Source of the DNA: an uncultured bacterium
GTDB taxonomy: Bacteria; Margulisbacteria; WOR-1; CAVSGV01
DNA: 32,000 bases
NCBI GenBank assembly: GCA_963699255.1
Contig: OY969425.1
Span: forward strand, 480,001-512,000
Reading direction: 5' to 3'
How positions within the stretch are numbered: the first letter of the stretch is position 1; every line of letters starts with the position of its first letter. The notes beneath the pieces were generated by a model, which saw only the letters and a list, made by a program, of their open reading frames with translations, ran no database searches and was not told the origin of the DNA. Both the position numbers and the translations under genes were made by a program. Shown one piece after another: positions 13,001 to 18,290 of this stretch.

Positions 13001-15237
13001 ATATTGATCAAAGTGAGATCGAGATAATAGCTAATGTTTTTGATAATTCATACGATCCATCCATATATCCTCATCCAGGCTCCCTGTCTCCATTATCGGT
13101 TTCTGCCGAAGTTTGGCTTGGCGAAACGTTTATCAAGGGACTGGGCAGCCAGCTATATTATTCAACTACAGAAACACATGGGTTTAATTGGGATGGCTTG
13201 AATGCATCAGGTGATTATGTGAACGAGGGTGTTTATACCGTCAAACTGCATGCTATTGACGGCCTTGGGAATATTTCCACTTCGGAATATCAGATTAATC
13301 TTGCCGATGACCAGCAATTAACCACAGGAAAAGGCAGCTTATTTTCGCATGATCCGAATTTAACTTTATCAGGCACTATTTTGAAGGTGAAGCTCATTAG
13401 TGGAGAGAGTTGGGGCAAAAGCACAATTTCTTTACCTAATTGGGTGGGTGATCCCAGCTATAGTGGTGTGGGCGCATGTATTGATTTTACCGCGCAAAGA
13501 GACCAAAATGCTCTTTTTACTGGAGAGGCTTCTCCTACTGGGGGAAGTTATTTATATGAAATATTAGGCGCGAACGGCAGTTATCTTTGGAGAAGTTATA
13601 CATCCGGTAGTGGTTCTAAGACAGCGGATGTTAATCAGGGAATTCGATATCGGGCTTTCTTCTATACTTGGGCGGGAGGAGGACTCATACACGCAACAAT
13701 AGATCAACCAATGTATAATATCATTCAGACCAAATCATTGGCTATATCATCTGATATCTGGCATGATCTTTGTTCCTCTGAAGTAAAAGAAGCGGATCCT
13801 TCTGCATCAAATTCTTCTGGGTCTATTCAGCATTATGTTTGGCCATCGACATTTATGGGATATATATATTATCAACCCAGTTGGTCTGAGGGATGGTCAA
13901 ATTTATATAATTTCGGTAACAAAGAAATTGTGTATAGTAAAAAAATAAATGGTAATTGGAAGTCCACTGGTAATTGGGATAATGAGTTCTGGCCCAGATG
14001 TGATTTTCCGATAGAAACAAGGATAACAACTGCAGCCGGCGACTCCATAAACCCATCAGTTGCCTGTGATTCAACCGGTTATAAAGTCTATGTTGTCTGG
14101 GAAGATTATCGCAACGGAAAAGCGGAGATATATTACAAGCAATCTGTAACTTCCGGCGAAACTTGGCCTTCTAATGATACCCAGCTAATTTCTTCTTCAG
14201 ATGCCTGTATGCTGCCGTCAATTGCTGTCGATCAAGGGAATGCATACATTTATGTCGCATTCATAAAACAAGTTAACAGCCATAACGAATTGTGGGTAAA
14301 AAAAGGGACGATCAGTGGAAGTAATGTTACATGGAATAACAATCCTGTCCGCATAACCAGGTATGAGTTTTCAAGCTGTGAAGCTTCCAAGCCATCGATC
14401 GTCTGCGACACGTCCGGCAATGCCTATGTCGCATGGGAAGACACAAGGACAGGAACCTCCGAAATATTCTCCCAGAAAGTACCTTCCAACTTCGCGCCAT
14501 TCTCCGGCTCAGGCATGACAACAATGTCCATGCCGAATGATAAGCCTGTCATTCAAACGCAAATGGTCATTCAATCCGTATCAAGCACCCCGGAGCTTAT
14601 ATCTCCGATCGGCGGAGCAACAGATAACACACTTCGACCAACATTCAAATGGTATGGGGTACAAAATGTTACAGATTATCGAATAGAATGCGCAACATCA
14701 TCGGACGAATCATCGCTTGCCACTTCGATGGATTATTTCACGGCAACGATCTCCGATGTATCAGGCGCCAAACCCATATGCGAATTTACCCAGAACGAAC
14801 ACCTCATGGGCCTTGATGAAAGCGCCCCAAACCATCCTTTCTGGTACTGGAGAGTACAGACGATCACCTCGGAAGCGTCAACGTCAGAAGTCGGCTCTTT
14901 CAGAATTGAACTGCCAGCAAGCTTGTCAGGCGTTACTAACTGGCCAAATCCGTTCGATCCCAACAAGGAAAGAACAAAGATCCGTTATAGGCTTGGCCGA
15001 GAACCCAATTCGGTCACGATCAGAATATATGACATCACCGGAGCATTAGTTAAAGAGTTTGACGGAACAACGAATCCCGAAGGGGCCAGCATTTGGAACA
15101 AATATAACGATGTCGAGTGGGATGGAAGGAACGGCAGGGGAGACATGGTGCTAAATGGAGTGTATCCGTTCGAGATAACCGTCAATTACGGTGATAAGTC
15201 AGTCAGCGGGCGGGGAAAGATGGTGGTGTTAAAATGA
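1090..15237 (+). CDS. Giant (~4,715 aa) secreted surface protein: lipase-like head, FlgD-Ig-like module array, propeller-like segment, T9SS-type C-terminal domain
   Basis: This is a single uninterrupted 14.1-kb frame; the ORF track starts it at 1069. I prefer ATG 1090, which gives MKTKLTLLLMMFMLLFLSKAFF (a signal peptide) and an ATGA overlap with the upstream gene. Domain evidence is listed in the sub-features. Confidence 0.9.
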   Translation: MKTKLTLLLMMFMLLFLSKAFFSCYGVESVIKPSPNYLVILVHGIAETSDIFDDDGSGHLKPYLEDSLSLPGYVYAYDFNDNKGSNVVAADELGNQFIPRALNDFKAWYASKNHIAVNDIPQNVIPQKVVLIAKSEGGLASRVYLTSNYYHDNVRKLITLDTPHLGSDAVTYKKLLYTPENVAMTMAYAGVGLGYIILQMQAHTASFADIYFDGAIFAGIVSPTEQFILKDFVAKWGDPALDEMDPEGDFIKHLKGAEVLPNKSPIEYRLVSAHGFPSPDIEGIKSFYLLKGIPLINAIATPFDSRYWDLPTTQAKVESVAAAVAISGGTFTKDGSIVVDIDSAYGHGVSLFSQNTKRYDYLFYNEPVEEFLNVQINNEYNDIHAVQALSGFNPALNCLDLIPIADMGSVIATNLGTAIDIGTIKIGGEKEDSLIYNAFAHHHLVEKVYSEGSPNIIDQCLFDTPMATVTHLDTDVSTEEYNISQKIVHTGTIQPVEILNTSEASDTPPYAADRSVSLIFNEGTTNEVEKYTSSMLVKAPVTQISGVIHDFKPLMLQSFQISENFAAWQEFHPNTCSTHTDPQGFKYIDVDANKFHLHMDEWGKYTISGLNFAEGQNLIGFKLTNRAKYSSNQVLKVIQNTIPMQASKYQPESNFMTNNVYQPISVEFNKSTYYEDEAGKIQIVSFEVDGTPMLSNANITSEIDGAYHPYARVNYTPKTPLSDGEHAIVVSAKSDVGVSQAIWAFFVDTQPPTISIEALSPFSPRAPGTGEANNISIRYTTTDNLSTFLRSITARLYDSNNNFITELATFDTQAVGENFIPVNSTQLTVNGSLIPDGNYSIKIKAYDQAGNVTTESVALVIDSTPPSIIQADVNPKPMTSNSDSLNFSSQLSENSIVTIKMINKATNVASAYITQAQRAGSEESATASYSWSYNNQFGSNGPDDGIYRLEITAQDQAGNVSDPYVIDNVKIDRTPPFIFSNACLPYVLANVGNDPYTTTLSYQVSESNDKPENQDESCNVTVSLFNENSGELIKTWDNAPANIGEVNSINWNGDSTQYGNGSYKFAITATDASGNSSTAYSSCVKNGIAPVISFPANNGTVSGTIAIRGTAVDPDWTNNLPFKDYKIYYANGNVQWTGGSGQDPDPSVWRSDVIEVPDVDRDPASGIRNLSIRPLQNDSTLAYLYSNGLDNGTYTLLLIAEEDGGTTSACTRVIRVSNDPMITSTNVPVVKLDPLPQKVHFTSDGKVTLPISFMNGIKESNVNIEIAQLHNSTMTNEGIVFYKFQPDIIGNQYTGKPQYIPGKDLGYYLWTDETGWHIRWSSDGTNHHFTGSLMGSGITDIQTFNWTPSGQVQGFVNWDTNMSNGESGIDFTANSGGMIIITPKIDEDPNVPTFNASNIYLGMTKATQAYLPIMINTSMEGVAPAVVNWDGKLDTGGYVDSGVYTVRVRSEGADGVGLATDEAQVEVETDYDVSNVETVNNSFSPVGAPDRVSIYYNVSKDSYITAYVYQDGSGTPAATITSEAFVSGNMNPNHKHVINWRGNYPNSDSTQFFSGGGFNIKIIATAADGSGSKEINIDGISIAGTRTDSSLASLDPIGDEVMFNGVPSRIANGSSDYFFEARGTGRLYPPKEFSFNIAPYGRQTVTTYPYVPFAALIHRGYKQVDVKMRGELSGAIREHFTEGSAGASEQIHTEGFRVGLDEMAWGFRSDKEEMNAAAQRGPYAIYLRGKSVNSIYAGRNAGATTKFYGSPYLSLTFNTGRGDPGYFLDNIDNIPVMEQFDINIPPTVESQGDAKENDYIKGILENMMSKMTLDYPSTKGMFKVEINYDDFKINKHTDAASSSGFIFSPRRRVATIQPPIGNNGSDFWCRARVMLEAPVQYSRLTNRFIPFFGFVNRNVSTSESLAGANYNIDQLGFPGDEFFNKSNAKPYNEYDEMLASAAARQNMSKADLIKALSDLSIQKNYIGTLTAPTCTASFEYYLTDPISGEFGDILPGTEIIPITVPDGEQPILISEKTPNKYYTGGGTIEIQGLQVGAKTDYTSAYDNTNHLPFFSFNFPASEAEIQQFQSNNDALLDKFKRSPSLWTGISASSPHELDITSVTRSIEAVTKLGQSIKYGSNGYYYKSDTLGSLWGWNSNNYPNATDIRYSIDDISDQSISLDTDQTGTGEFSTNSCLIGSIQGASGQMWATADDPMLSAFGGCIASREIFNRDGFSGYSQFINISDPYIKNVVNLQNMNSPDMTKYTFWKYDPAISSIDAFNPVDNQYLTYDNWSIDLKDLSGGENTDLAAVTPEMDSSDHLKDQFKVKLRLDSAEKKYIDITGYASGEYYLMYFDGNSWNQIGHSLKGANGMLGWWNVSRLNGKYTVVLKLAGSDIISSQDVLIGSIVKNDHVTTVSSPYKRAEVTFKPGAFDKDQLVTVTPVKMDEIDISNRPLIPTVGPIVEVKPSPYYFSCGSTESEDYRPTLVFKYTKEDLLEMYPDLKEVNGTLEVASLGLNIHQITQNGDLQVISDNKQSYNDGIYAFEGPLDHFSEYALIRGKYNLIAPIIQTDRYNVNFSPITVYGTAPADSVLNVYVSPSKEVDISSLGSIASLDLPKNDSGIAEFRFDRIPLAAEGDNYIFVTSTQGGARTLSDIRVNYDLTPPTVEVAADIPAYSPNGDGKFDIVTYKVKSNEDGKLYFTLQGTNGDTIINNELSCEADEEIKIYWDGSQLYMYLGADKVILGEAPVREDGEYAYIVFAIDESGNISNNIVGKTIVDRVAPKISGLTASPNPFSPNDDQVNDTTTISFEVNEPSYATVKIFRGGELFRSYGFSIPDALSSIPCFTWDGSGDHNELIGGSYTYYVEAEDSVGNMSTSETGTIFVDREPYLVQYAYCDPYYFAPKNPKNNMTNVKYSLSRDDVKVTVEIFNGTGKVIATPLDEQVENSGEHQVSWNGEGAIDGTYGFRVKALSVDGSASCEVTGNLVIDNEPPTVIIKSCNVGDTSCEVVYSIPEDAKVTVNVVDQNGTAVETIVTGETQTAGQYEPVWNFDSGNTEPGAQYSFKISAEDKALNTDEKQSATFSLPGPLEISGVSSAPAIFNPNSEIINKYTTIKYRLSSKADQSQVTIKVLTDAGATVKRLTDGEYQTPGSYSIFWYGDDLTGKTVTAGNYTIDISAVDPLGNKASVQVPVIVAANSSCVLSVTPEVFSPNGDGVADTATFTYSVDYYWQLTGEAYIQLDVLDGSGNSIYTYSDHHTQGTYSHIWNGQGAYDGQFNAVIKMTDPAGSVIYSNIVPIKADMKAGSALPETGFIYNNGFTPNGDGQSDTCAFIYSIDEPSYVTVKVHTFSATASYDATNLVKTLVDNVLTPAGTQEVIWDGSTDGPGDTDGNGFVNKGEYVFALETTDQFGNISPKQGATVWVQDVPLNINAPSLIENPTPKVLGSNGSNINFAFTLSQSLEGEAQEPEKFTISGMKIKAAGIYDVGRVTVKVYDHAGNLAATLANKQVYDNNGTKTVSWDGSGASEDKYTIIASAEDLTGVPAAQSISGVTYLDKTPPVISGVSISRSCFSPGINDVSINYSVSDNLSALTTDVANKVKATIKVYNNDVLTKTITDGVTKDSGSVSADLWDGTRNIGGYVGTGNSASNEPDGEYTIKISAVDVAGNTAEVSQAVYVDTIDPDITNISISPSPFSPGGAKPNSNITASITDESSVTWEVKIETGANPVISFGSGTSVSCTWNGMNGIVSYEGDGIYNCVISAFDAAGNVYQTTRVITTDTVAPVITASASPEFLSGNMGQITTLEMSISDMNDHIYWNVIIAGSTESGSVEGNTVNEVFIWEPPHTSSGDGSYNFVITATDDAGNTRTTIETVSIDNTPPVISIESPAGQTWLKGSVSIDGSVQDPHPGTWTLYYAGGIIGSGTGNISDQLLGSLYVGTHDGDIVVSLVATDAAGNPATPVSRELYIDNTPPVFTYITSEVGTSMQNYFNPYIDQSEIEIIANVFDNSYDPSIYPHPGSLSPLSVSAEVWLGETFIKGLGSQLYYSTTETHGFNWDGLNASGDYVNEGVYTVKLHAIDGLGNISTSEYQINLADDQQLTTGKGSLFSHDPNLTLSGTILKVKLISGESWGKSTISLPNWVGDPSYSGVGACIDFTAQRDQNALFTGEASPTGGSYLYEILGANGSYLWRSYTSGSGSKTADVNQGIRYRAFFYTWAGGGLIHATIDQPMYNIIQTKSLAISSDIWHDLCSSEVKEADPSASNSSGSIQHYVWPSTFMGYIYYQPSWSEGWSNLYNFGNKEIVYSKKINGNWKSTGNWDNEFWPRCDFPIETRITTAAGDSINPSVACDSTGYKVYVVWEDYRNGKAEIYYKQSVTSGETWPSNDTQLISSSDACMLPSIAVDQGNAYIYVAFIKQVNSHNELWVKKGTISGSNVTWNNNPVRITRYEFSSCEASKPSIVCDTSGNAYVAWEDTRTGTSEIFSQKVPSNFAPFSGSGMTTMSMPNDKPVIQTQMVIQSVSSTPELISPIGGATDNTLRPTFKWYGVQNVTDYRIECATSSDESSLATSMDYFTATISDVSGAKPICEFTQNEHLMGLDESAPNHPFWYWRVQTITSEASTSEVGSFRIELPASLSGVTNWPNPFDPNKERTKIRYRLGREPNSVTIRIYDITGALVKEFDGTTNPEGASIWNKYNDVEWDGRNGRGDMVLNGVYPFEITVNYGDKSVSGRGKMVVLK
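1195..2450 (+). other. Domain: lipase-like alpha/beta hydrolase (class-2 lipase / PGAP1-like motif order)
   Basis: NYLVILVHGI (HG strand); VVLIAKSEGGLASRVYL (A-x-S-x-G nucleophile elbow, Ser codon 1492-1494); KLITLDTPHLGS. Candidate acid and base residues are KDGSIVV (2089-2091) and AFAHHHLVEKV (2410-2418). Confidence 0.6.
3328..5000 (+). other. Domain array I: Ig-like (FlgD-Ig / Big-like) modules
   Basis: Module starts VDTQPPTISI (3328), IDSTPPSIIQ (3669) and IDRTPPFIF (4000). Each module closes with DG-x-Y...(I/V)-x-A-x-D-x-AGN. Confidence 0.6.
9010..13300 (+). other. Domain array II: at least 10 FlgD-Ig-like modules
   Basis: D-x-(T/E/V)-(P/A)P boundaries occur at 9010, 9361, 9991, 11685, 12055, 12358, 12649 and 12925. 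SPNGDG/SPNDD strands occur at 9055, 9408, 10654 and 10981. W(D/N)G...G-x-Y motifs recur throughout. Confidence 0.65.
14020..14490 (+). other. Domain: BNR/Asp-box-like beta-propeller segment
   Basis: Repeated strands YKVYVVWEDYRNGKAEIYYKQS and NAYVAWEDTRTGTSEIFSQK, plus SVTSGETWP (Asp-box-like S-x-x-x-G-x-T-W). Confidence 0.45.
14921..15234 (+). other. Domain: T9SS type-A-like C-terminal sorting domain (FlgD-Ig fold)
   Basis: NWPNPFDPNKERTKIRYRL...VTIRIYDITGALVKEF...WDGRNGRGDMVLNGVYPFEI...GRGKMVVLK at the extreme C-terminus. This matches the N-P-F-N-P...I-Y-D-x-x-G...S-G-V-Y...K-(M/L)-x-L-(L/V)-K pattern of Por-secretion tails. Confidence 0.65.
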
Positions 15238-15647
15238 ACAGTGGACAGTTAACAGTGGGAAGTGAAAGTACTGTATCAAAAGAGTTTGAGTTCGACTTTG
15301 AAAGATTGAATGTTTATAGAACATCAATATTGAATTTTCGAAGTATTTTAGCTCTCACTAAATCCTTGCCGAGAGATCTGCAGTTTTCATTGGCGGATCA
15401 ATTGAGAAGAGCGGCTCTCTCCATATCAAATAACATAGCTGAGGGAAGCGGAAAAGAATCGAAAAAAGAAAAAGCGTATTTTTATTCCACGGCTCTTCAT
15501 TCTGCCAGAGAATGCGTCCCTATGTTAACGATTCTTTTCGAGGAACGAATCATCAATCAAAATGATTATGCCCAATTTCGTCGAATTATAGTAGAGATTA
15601 CAAGCATGTTAAGAGGATTGATTGGATCAGTGAGGCAATATAAATGA
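15234..15647 (+). CDS. Four-helix-bundle protein (the '23S rRNA intervening-sequence protein' family)
   Basis: LADQLRRAALSISNNIAEGSGKESKKEKAYFYSTALHSARE is the family signature (A-x-SI-x-x-NIAEG...S-x-x-E). It has ATGA overlaps with both neighbours (15234-15237, 15644-15647). The true start may be a few codons inside the ORF. Confidence 0.8.
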   Translation: MNSGQLTVGSESTVSKEFEFDFERLNVYRTSILNFRSILALTKSLPRDLQFSLADQLRRAALSISNNIAEGSGKESKKEKAYFYSTALHSARECVPMLTILFEERIINQNDYAQFRRIIVEITSMLRGLIGSVRQYK

Positions 15648-16591
15648 AAAAAGCATTAATTTGTGTCTTATTCCTGTTCACTTTAAACTGTACACTTTTA
15701 ACTTGTTCCTATGGGATTACTGGTCAAGCCGGTCTCGATATCGCTGTTCTCGAAGCCGGTGTTGGAGCCAGGGCTTTGGGTATGGGAAGCGCGTTTACTG
15801 CAGTAGCGGACAACGCCGACGCGCCATTCTGGAACCCCGCGGGTCTTTCTCAAATAAAGAACAATGAGATAACGGCGATGCAAACAAAGTTGTCCACCGA
15901 TGCAGACCATTATTATGTGAGCTATGTCACGCCGCTGTTTGGCGGGGGTTTGGGTATAAGCTGGATACAGGTGGGAATGAGCTCGATAACCCAGACCGGT
16001 AGCTCCACAGGCGAATATAACGAGGTTGAGAATCTTGGCATATTCAGTTACTTTTCTAATGCCTATCTTCTCGCTTATGGAAGGAACATTACCGATAACT
16101 TGAGCTTCGGCATCACCGCCAAATATCTTACATCCGACATGCCGGGATTGGTATCGGTCGAAGGAGCCAGCGCTTATGGATATTCAATCACGCCAGGACT
16201 GCTCTACAAACCGACAAAAGACCTTTCCATCGGCCTTAAGATCGATGAACTGATCAATTATCAGAAGTGGGGGACGGATACGGAAGAGATTGTTCCGTCA
16301 AAATACAGGCTCGGGATAGCATTCGGCACACGGGTTCCCATAATCGGCAACCCGCTGCTATTATCAGGCGATATCAGCCAGATAAATAAAGCTGGATATG
16401 TTCCAGAAGGAAGCGCGGGTGCCGAAGTTAAATTCGGTCAGATAGCTTTTCGGGTCGGATATAGCGACCAGGCAATGAGCGGAGGAGCAGGGTTTGAAGC
16501 GGAGCATATCGCCATCGATTATGCTTATGTCACACAGACAAGTTTGACGAAAGATAACGTGCATAGGGTCAGTTTGACCGGGAAATGGTAA
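15644..16591 (+). CDS. PorV/PorQ-family-like outer-membrane beta-barrel
   Basis: A signal peptide, then GVGARALGMGSAFTAVADNADAPFWNPAGLSQI, which is the N-terminal signature of PorV/PorQ-type barrels. Amphipathic strands alternate through the body, and the terminal residues are SLTGKW (aromatic end). Confidence 0.65.
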   Translation: MKKALICVLFLFTLNCTLLTCSYGITGQAGLDIAVLEAGVGARALGMGSAFTAVADNADAPFWNPAGLSQIKNNEITAMQTKLSTDADHYYVSYVTPLFGGGLGISWIQVGMSSITQTGSSTGEYNEVENLGIFSYFSNAYLLAYGRNITDNLSFGITAKYLTSDMPGLVSVEGASAYGYSITPGLLYKPTKDLSIGLKIDELINYQKWGTDTEEIVPSKYRLGIAFGTRVPIIGNPLLLSGDISQINKAGYVPEGSAGAEVKFGQIAFRVGYSDQAMSGGAGFEAEHIAIDYAYVTQTSLTKDNVHRVSLTGKW

Positions 16592-16595
16592 GGGA

Positions 16596-16671
16596 GCTAT
16601 CAACGGATTAAAAAACGGACCAACGGATGAAACTGTCAACGGATGTGGCCACGGAGCAACGGATAAATGAA
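16596..16671. repeat. Left arm of palindromic element: six tandem (C/A)(A/C)ACGGA(T/C/G) octamers
   Basis: Octamers at 16601, 16613, 16621, 16637, 16649 and 16657. Positions 16633-16671 pair with 17188-17225. The element begins with GCTATCAACGGAT. Confidence 0.8.
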
Positions 16672-16686
16672 TTAAGGGAAGAGGAA

Positions 16687-17187
16687 ATGGATAAGTTAGT
16701 TAAAACAAAATATGACGAGATCACTTATAAGATAATCGGGGCAGCAATGGCTGTGCATGGCAGATTAGGCTCTGGACTGAAAGAAATACACTATCAGAAA
16801 GCTATGACAGAAGCCCTATTGTCGCTCAATGTGAATTTTGATGAGCAAAAACAGATAGGGGTTTATTTTGAAAAAACTCTGGTGGGCCTGTTATTCCTTG
16901 ATATATTCGTCGAGAATTCAATCGTAGTGGAACTTAAAGCATTATCTCAGCAATTAACAAAGAATGAACTTGCGCAGGTTATTACATACTTAAAAGCCAG
17001 CGGCAGCGAGATCGGCCTATTGATCAATTTTGGAAGAAAATACCTGGAATACAGAAGGGTTTTCCCGCCAAAGAAAATGACGGAATTCGATCAAAATGAT
17101 TGGCGTTTCGCAGTGAGGTTCAAGAACCCGGGATTCAGAGGGAATATGCTCAATAAAGATCAACAAGTGACATGTGTATTGCATTAG
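16687..17187 (+). CDS. GxxExxY protein (PD-(D/E)XK nuclease-fold family)
   Basis: YKIIGAAMAVHGRLGSGLKEIHYQKAM (G-x-x-E-x-x-Y motif) and FLDIFVENSIVVELKA (D...E-x-K). I prefer ATG 16687 (SD GGGAAGAGGA) over the track start at 16627, which would translate the octamer repeats. Confidence 0.8.
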   Translation: MDKLVKTKYDEITYKIIGAAMAVHGRLGSGLKEIHYQKAMTEALLSLNVNFDEQKQIGVYFEKTLVGLLFLDIFVENSIVVELKALSQQLTKNELAQVITYLKASGSEIGLLINFGRKYLEYRRVFPPKKMTEFDQNDWRFAVRFKNPGFRGNMLNKDQQVTCVLH

Positions 17188-17225
17188 TTCTTTTATCCGT
17201 GGATCCGTGTGATATCCGTTGACAG
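17188..17225. repeat. Right arm of palindromic element (inverted ATCCGT(T/G)(G/T) octamers)
   Basis: The reverse complement reads ctgtcaacggat-atca-cacgga-tcc-acggataaaa-gaa. The left arm reads ctgtcaacggat-gtggc-cacgga-gca-acggataaat-gaa. About 31 of 39 positions are complementary. Confidence 0.8.
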
Positions 17226-17242
17226 GAATTTAGGGAGGCAAT

Positions 17243-18217
17243 ATGAAAAAAATATTCTTGGTTATATTTGCAATTATATTTTCCAGCTCGATCGCATTTT
17301 CCATGGGAACCATGCCGCCGACAAGTGAGACAGCAGTTGCTCCTTCCGTTGCGTTCGTGAGATCGATAGGCAGCGCCGGTTCAGGCAACGGCCAATTCCT
17401 TTATCCTCGTGATGTTTGTGTCGGAGCATACGGGGACCTCTCAACCGGCCTTGGTAATATCTTTGTCGCGGATACGGGAAATAACAGGATCCAGGTTTTT
17501 GACAGCGGCGGGGATTTTTTGTTCCAGTTCGGGAGCTTTGGAAGCGACACAGGAAAGTTCAATTCGCCGTCAAATGTAGTGGTCGATTTCAATTTCAGTA
17601 TCTATGTTATGGACAGGGAGAACAGCAGGGTGCAGAAATTCGACATTAGAGGCAATTATTTATCCGAATTCGGATCTTTTGGGTCGGACTCCGGGCAATT
17701 CAGCGATCCTTGCGGATTAGCTGTTGATTCCTGGGGGAGGATATTTGTTGCTGACACGGGGAACAATAGGATACAAGAATTTGATACAACGACTTCTTTT
17801 CTCGCTTCAATAGGGTCATTCGGTTGGGGTGATGGTTTCTTTGACACGCCTCGCGATGTCGCAATAGACAAAGACAAGAATATCTATGTTGCGGATACGA
17901 AGAACGACAGGGTCCAGAAACTTGATGAATTCGGGAAACTTATCCTCTCGTTCGGAAAATCCGGCAGCGCTGACGGCGAGTTCCACAGTCCCTCAGGGAT
18001 CGCGGTCGATGATAAATTCATCTATGTGAGCGACAGCGGGAATAACAGAGTTCAGGTCTTTAACAGGAGCGGAGTTTTTCTCGCGAAATTCGGATCGACA
18101 GGATCTAAGAACGGCGAGTTCAACGATCCGACCGGCATATCGGTCGGCAAACCCGGACAGCTTTTTATTGCTGACACCAATAACCATCGCGTGCAGGAAT
18201 TCAGGATAAGTTTCTAA
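17243..18217 (+). CDS. Secreted NHL-repeat beta-propeller protein (six blades)
   Basis: There is a signal peptide. Six repeats have the form G-x-G-x-G-(Q/E/K)-F-x-x-P-x-(G/D)-(V/I)-(A/V)-V-D...(I/Y)-(F/Y)-V-(A/S)-D-(T/S)-x-N-x-R-(I/V)-Q-x-F. The SD is AGGGAGG. Confidence 0.85.
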   Translation: MKKIFLVIFAIIFSSSIAFSMGTMPPTSETAVAPSVAFVRSIGSAGSGNGQFLYPRDVCVGAYGDLSTGLGNIFVADTGNNRIQVFDSGGDFLFQFGSFGSDTGKFNSPSNVVVDFNFSIYVMDRENSRVQKFDIRGNYLSEFGSFGSDSGQFSDPCGLAVDSWGRIFVADTGNNRIQEFDTTTSFLASIGSFGWGDGFFDTPRDVAIDKDKNIYVADTKNDRVQKLDEFGKLILSFGKSGSADGEFHSPSGIAVDDKFIYVSDSGNNRVQVFNRSGVFLAKFGSTGSKNGEFNDPTGISVGKPGQLFIADTNNHRVQEFRISF

Positions 18218-18290
18218 CCGACATTAGAACTTGCCCCTATTTGCCGGGACGGTTCTGAATCTGCAATTCGGATCTAAGGGAATATACGAT

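Noticed and set aside
1972-15185. Dozens of 60-150-aa ORFs on both strands inside the giant gene
   Set aside because: All are nested in a continuous 14-kb frame with coherent domain periodicity. None has a recognisable motif or RBS.
15236-15720. AACAGTGG x2 upstream of the four-helix-bundle gene as the left arm of a similar inverted repeat
   Set aside because: I searched the downstream flank. Only 6-7-nt partial complements (ctgttca, aactgt) occur. They are in the wrong order for a stem and lie inside the PorV-like signal-peptide coding region, so they are consistent with chance.
16596-16671. Octamer array as a possible CRISPR or mini-CRISPR
   Set aside because: The units are only 8 nt, with irregular 0-8-nt gaps and an inverted counterpart 0.5 kb away. 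There are no spacers of CRISPR size and no cas genes.
16627-16686. Track start codon for the GxxExxY ORF (MKLSTDVATEQRINELREEE...)
   Set aside because: These 20 codons are simply the translated CAACGGAT repeats. ATG 16687 has a good SD and gives the family-typical N-terminus.
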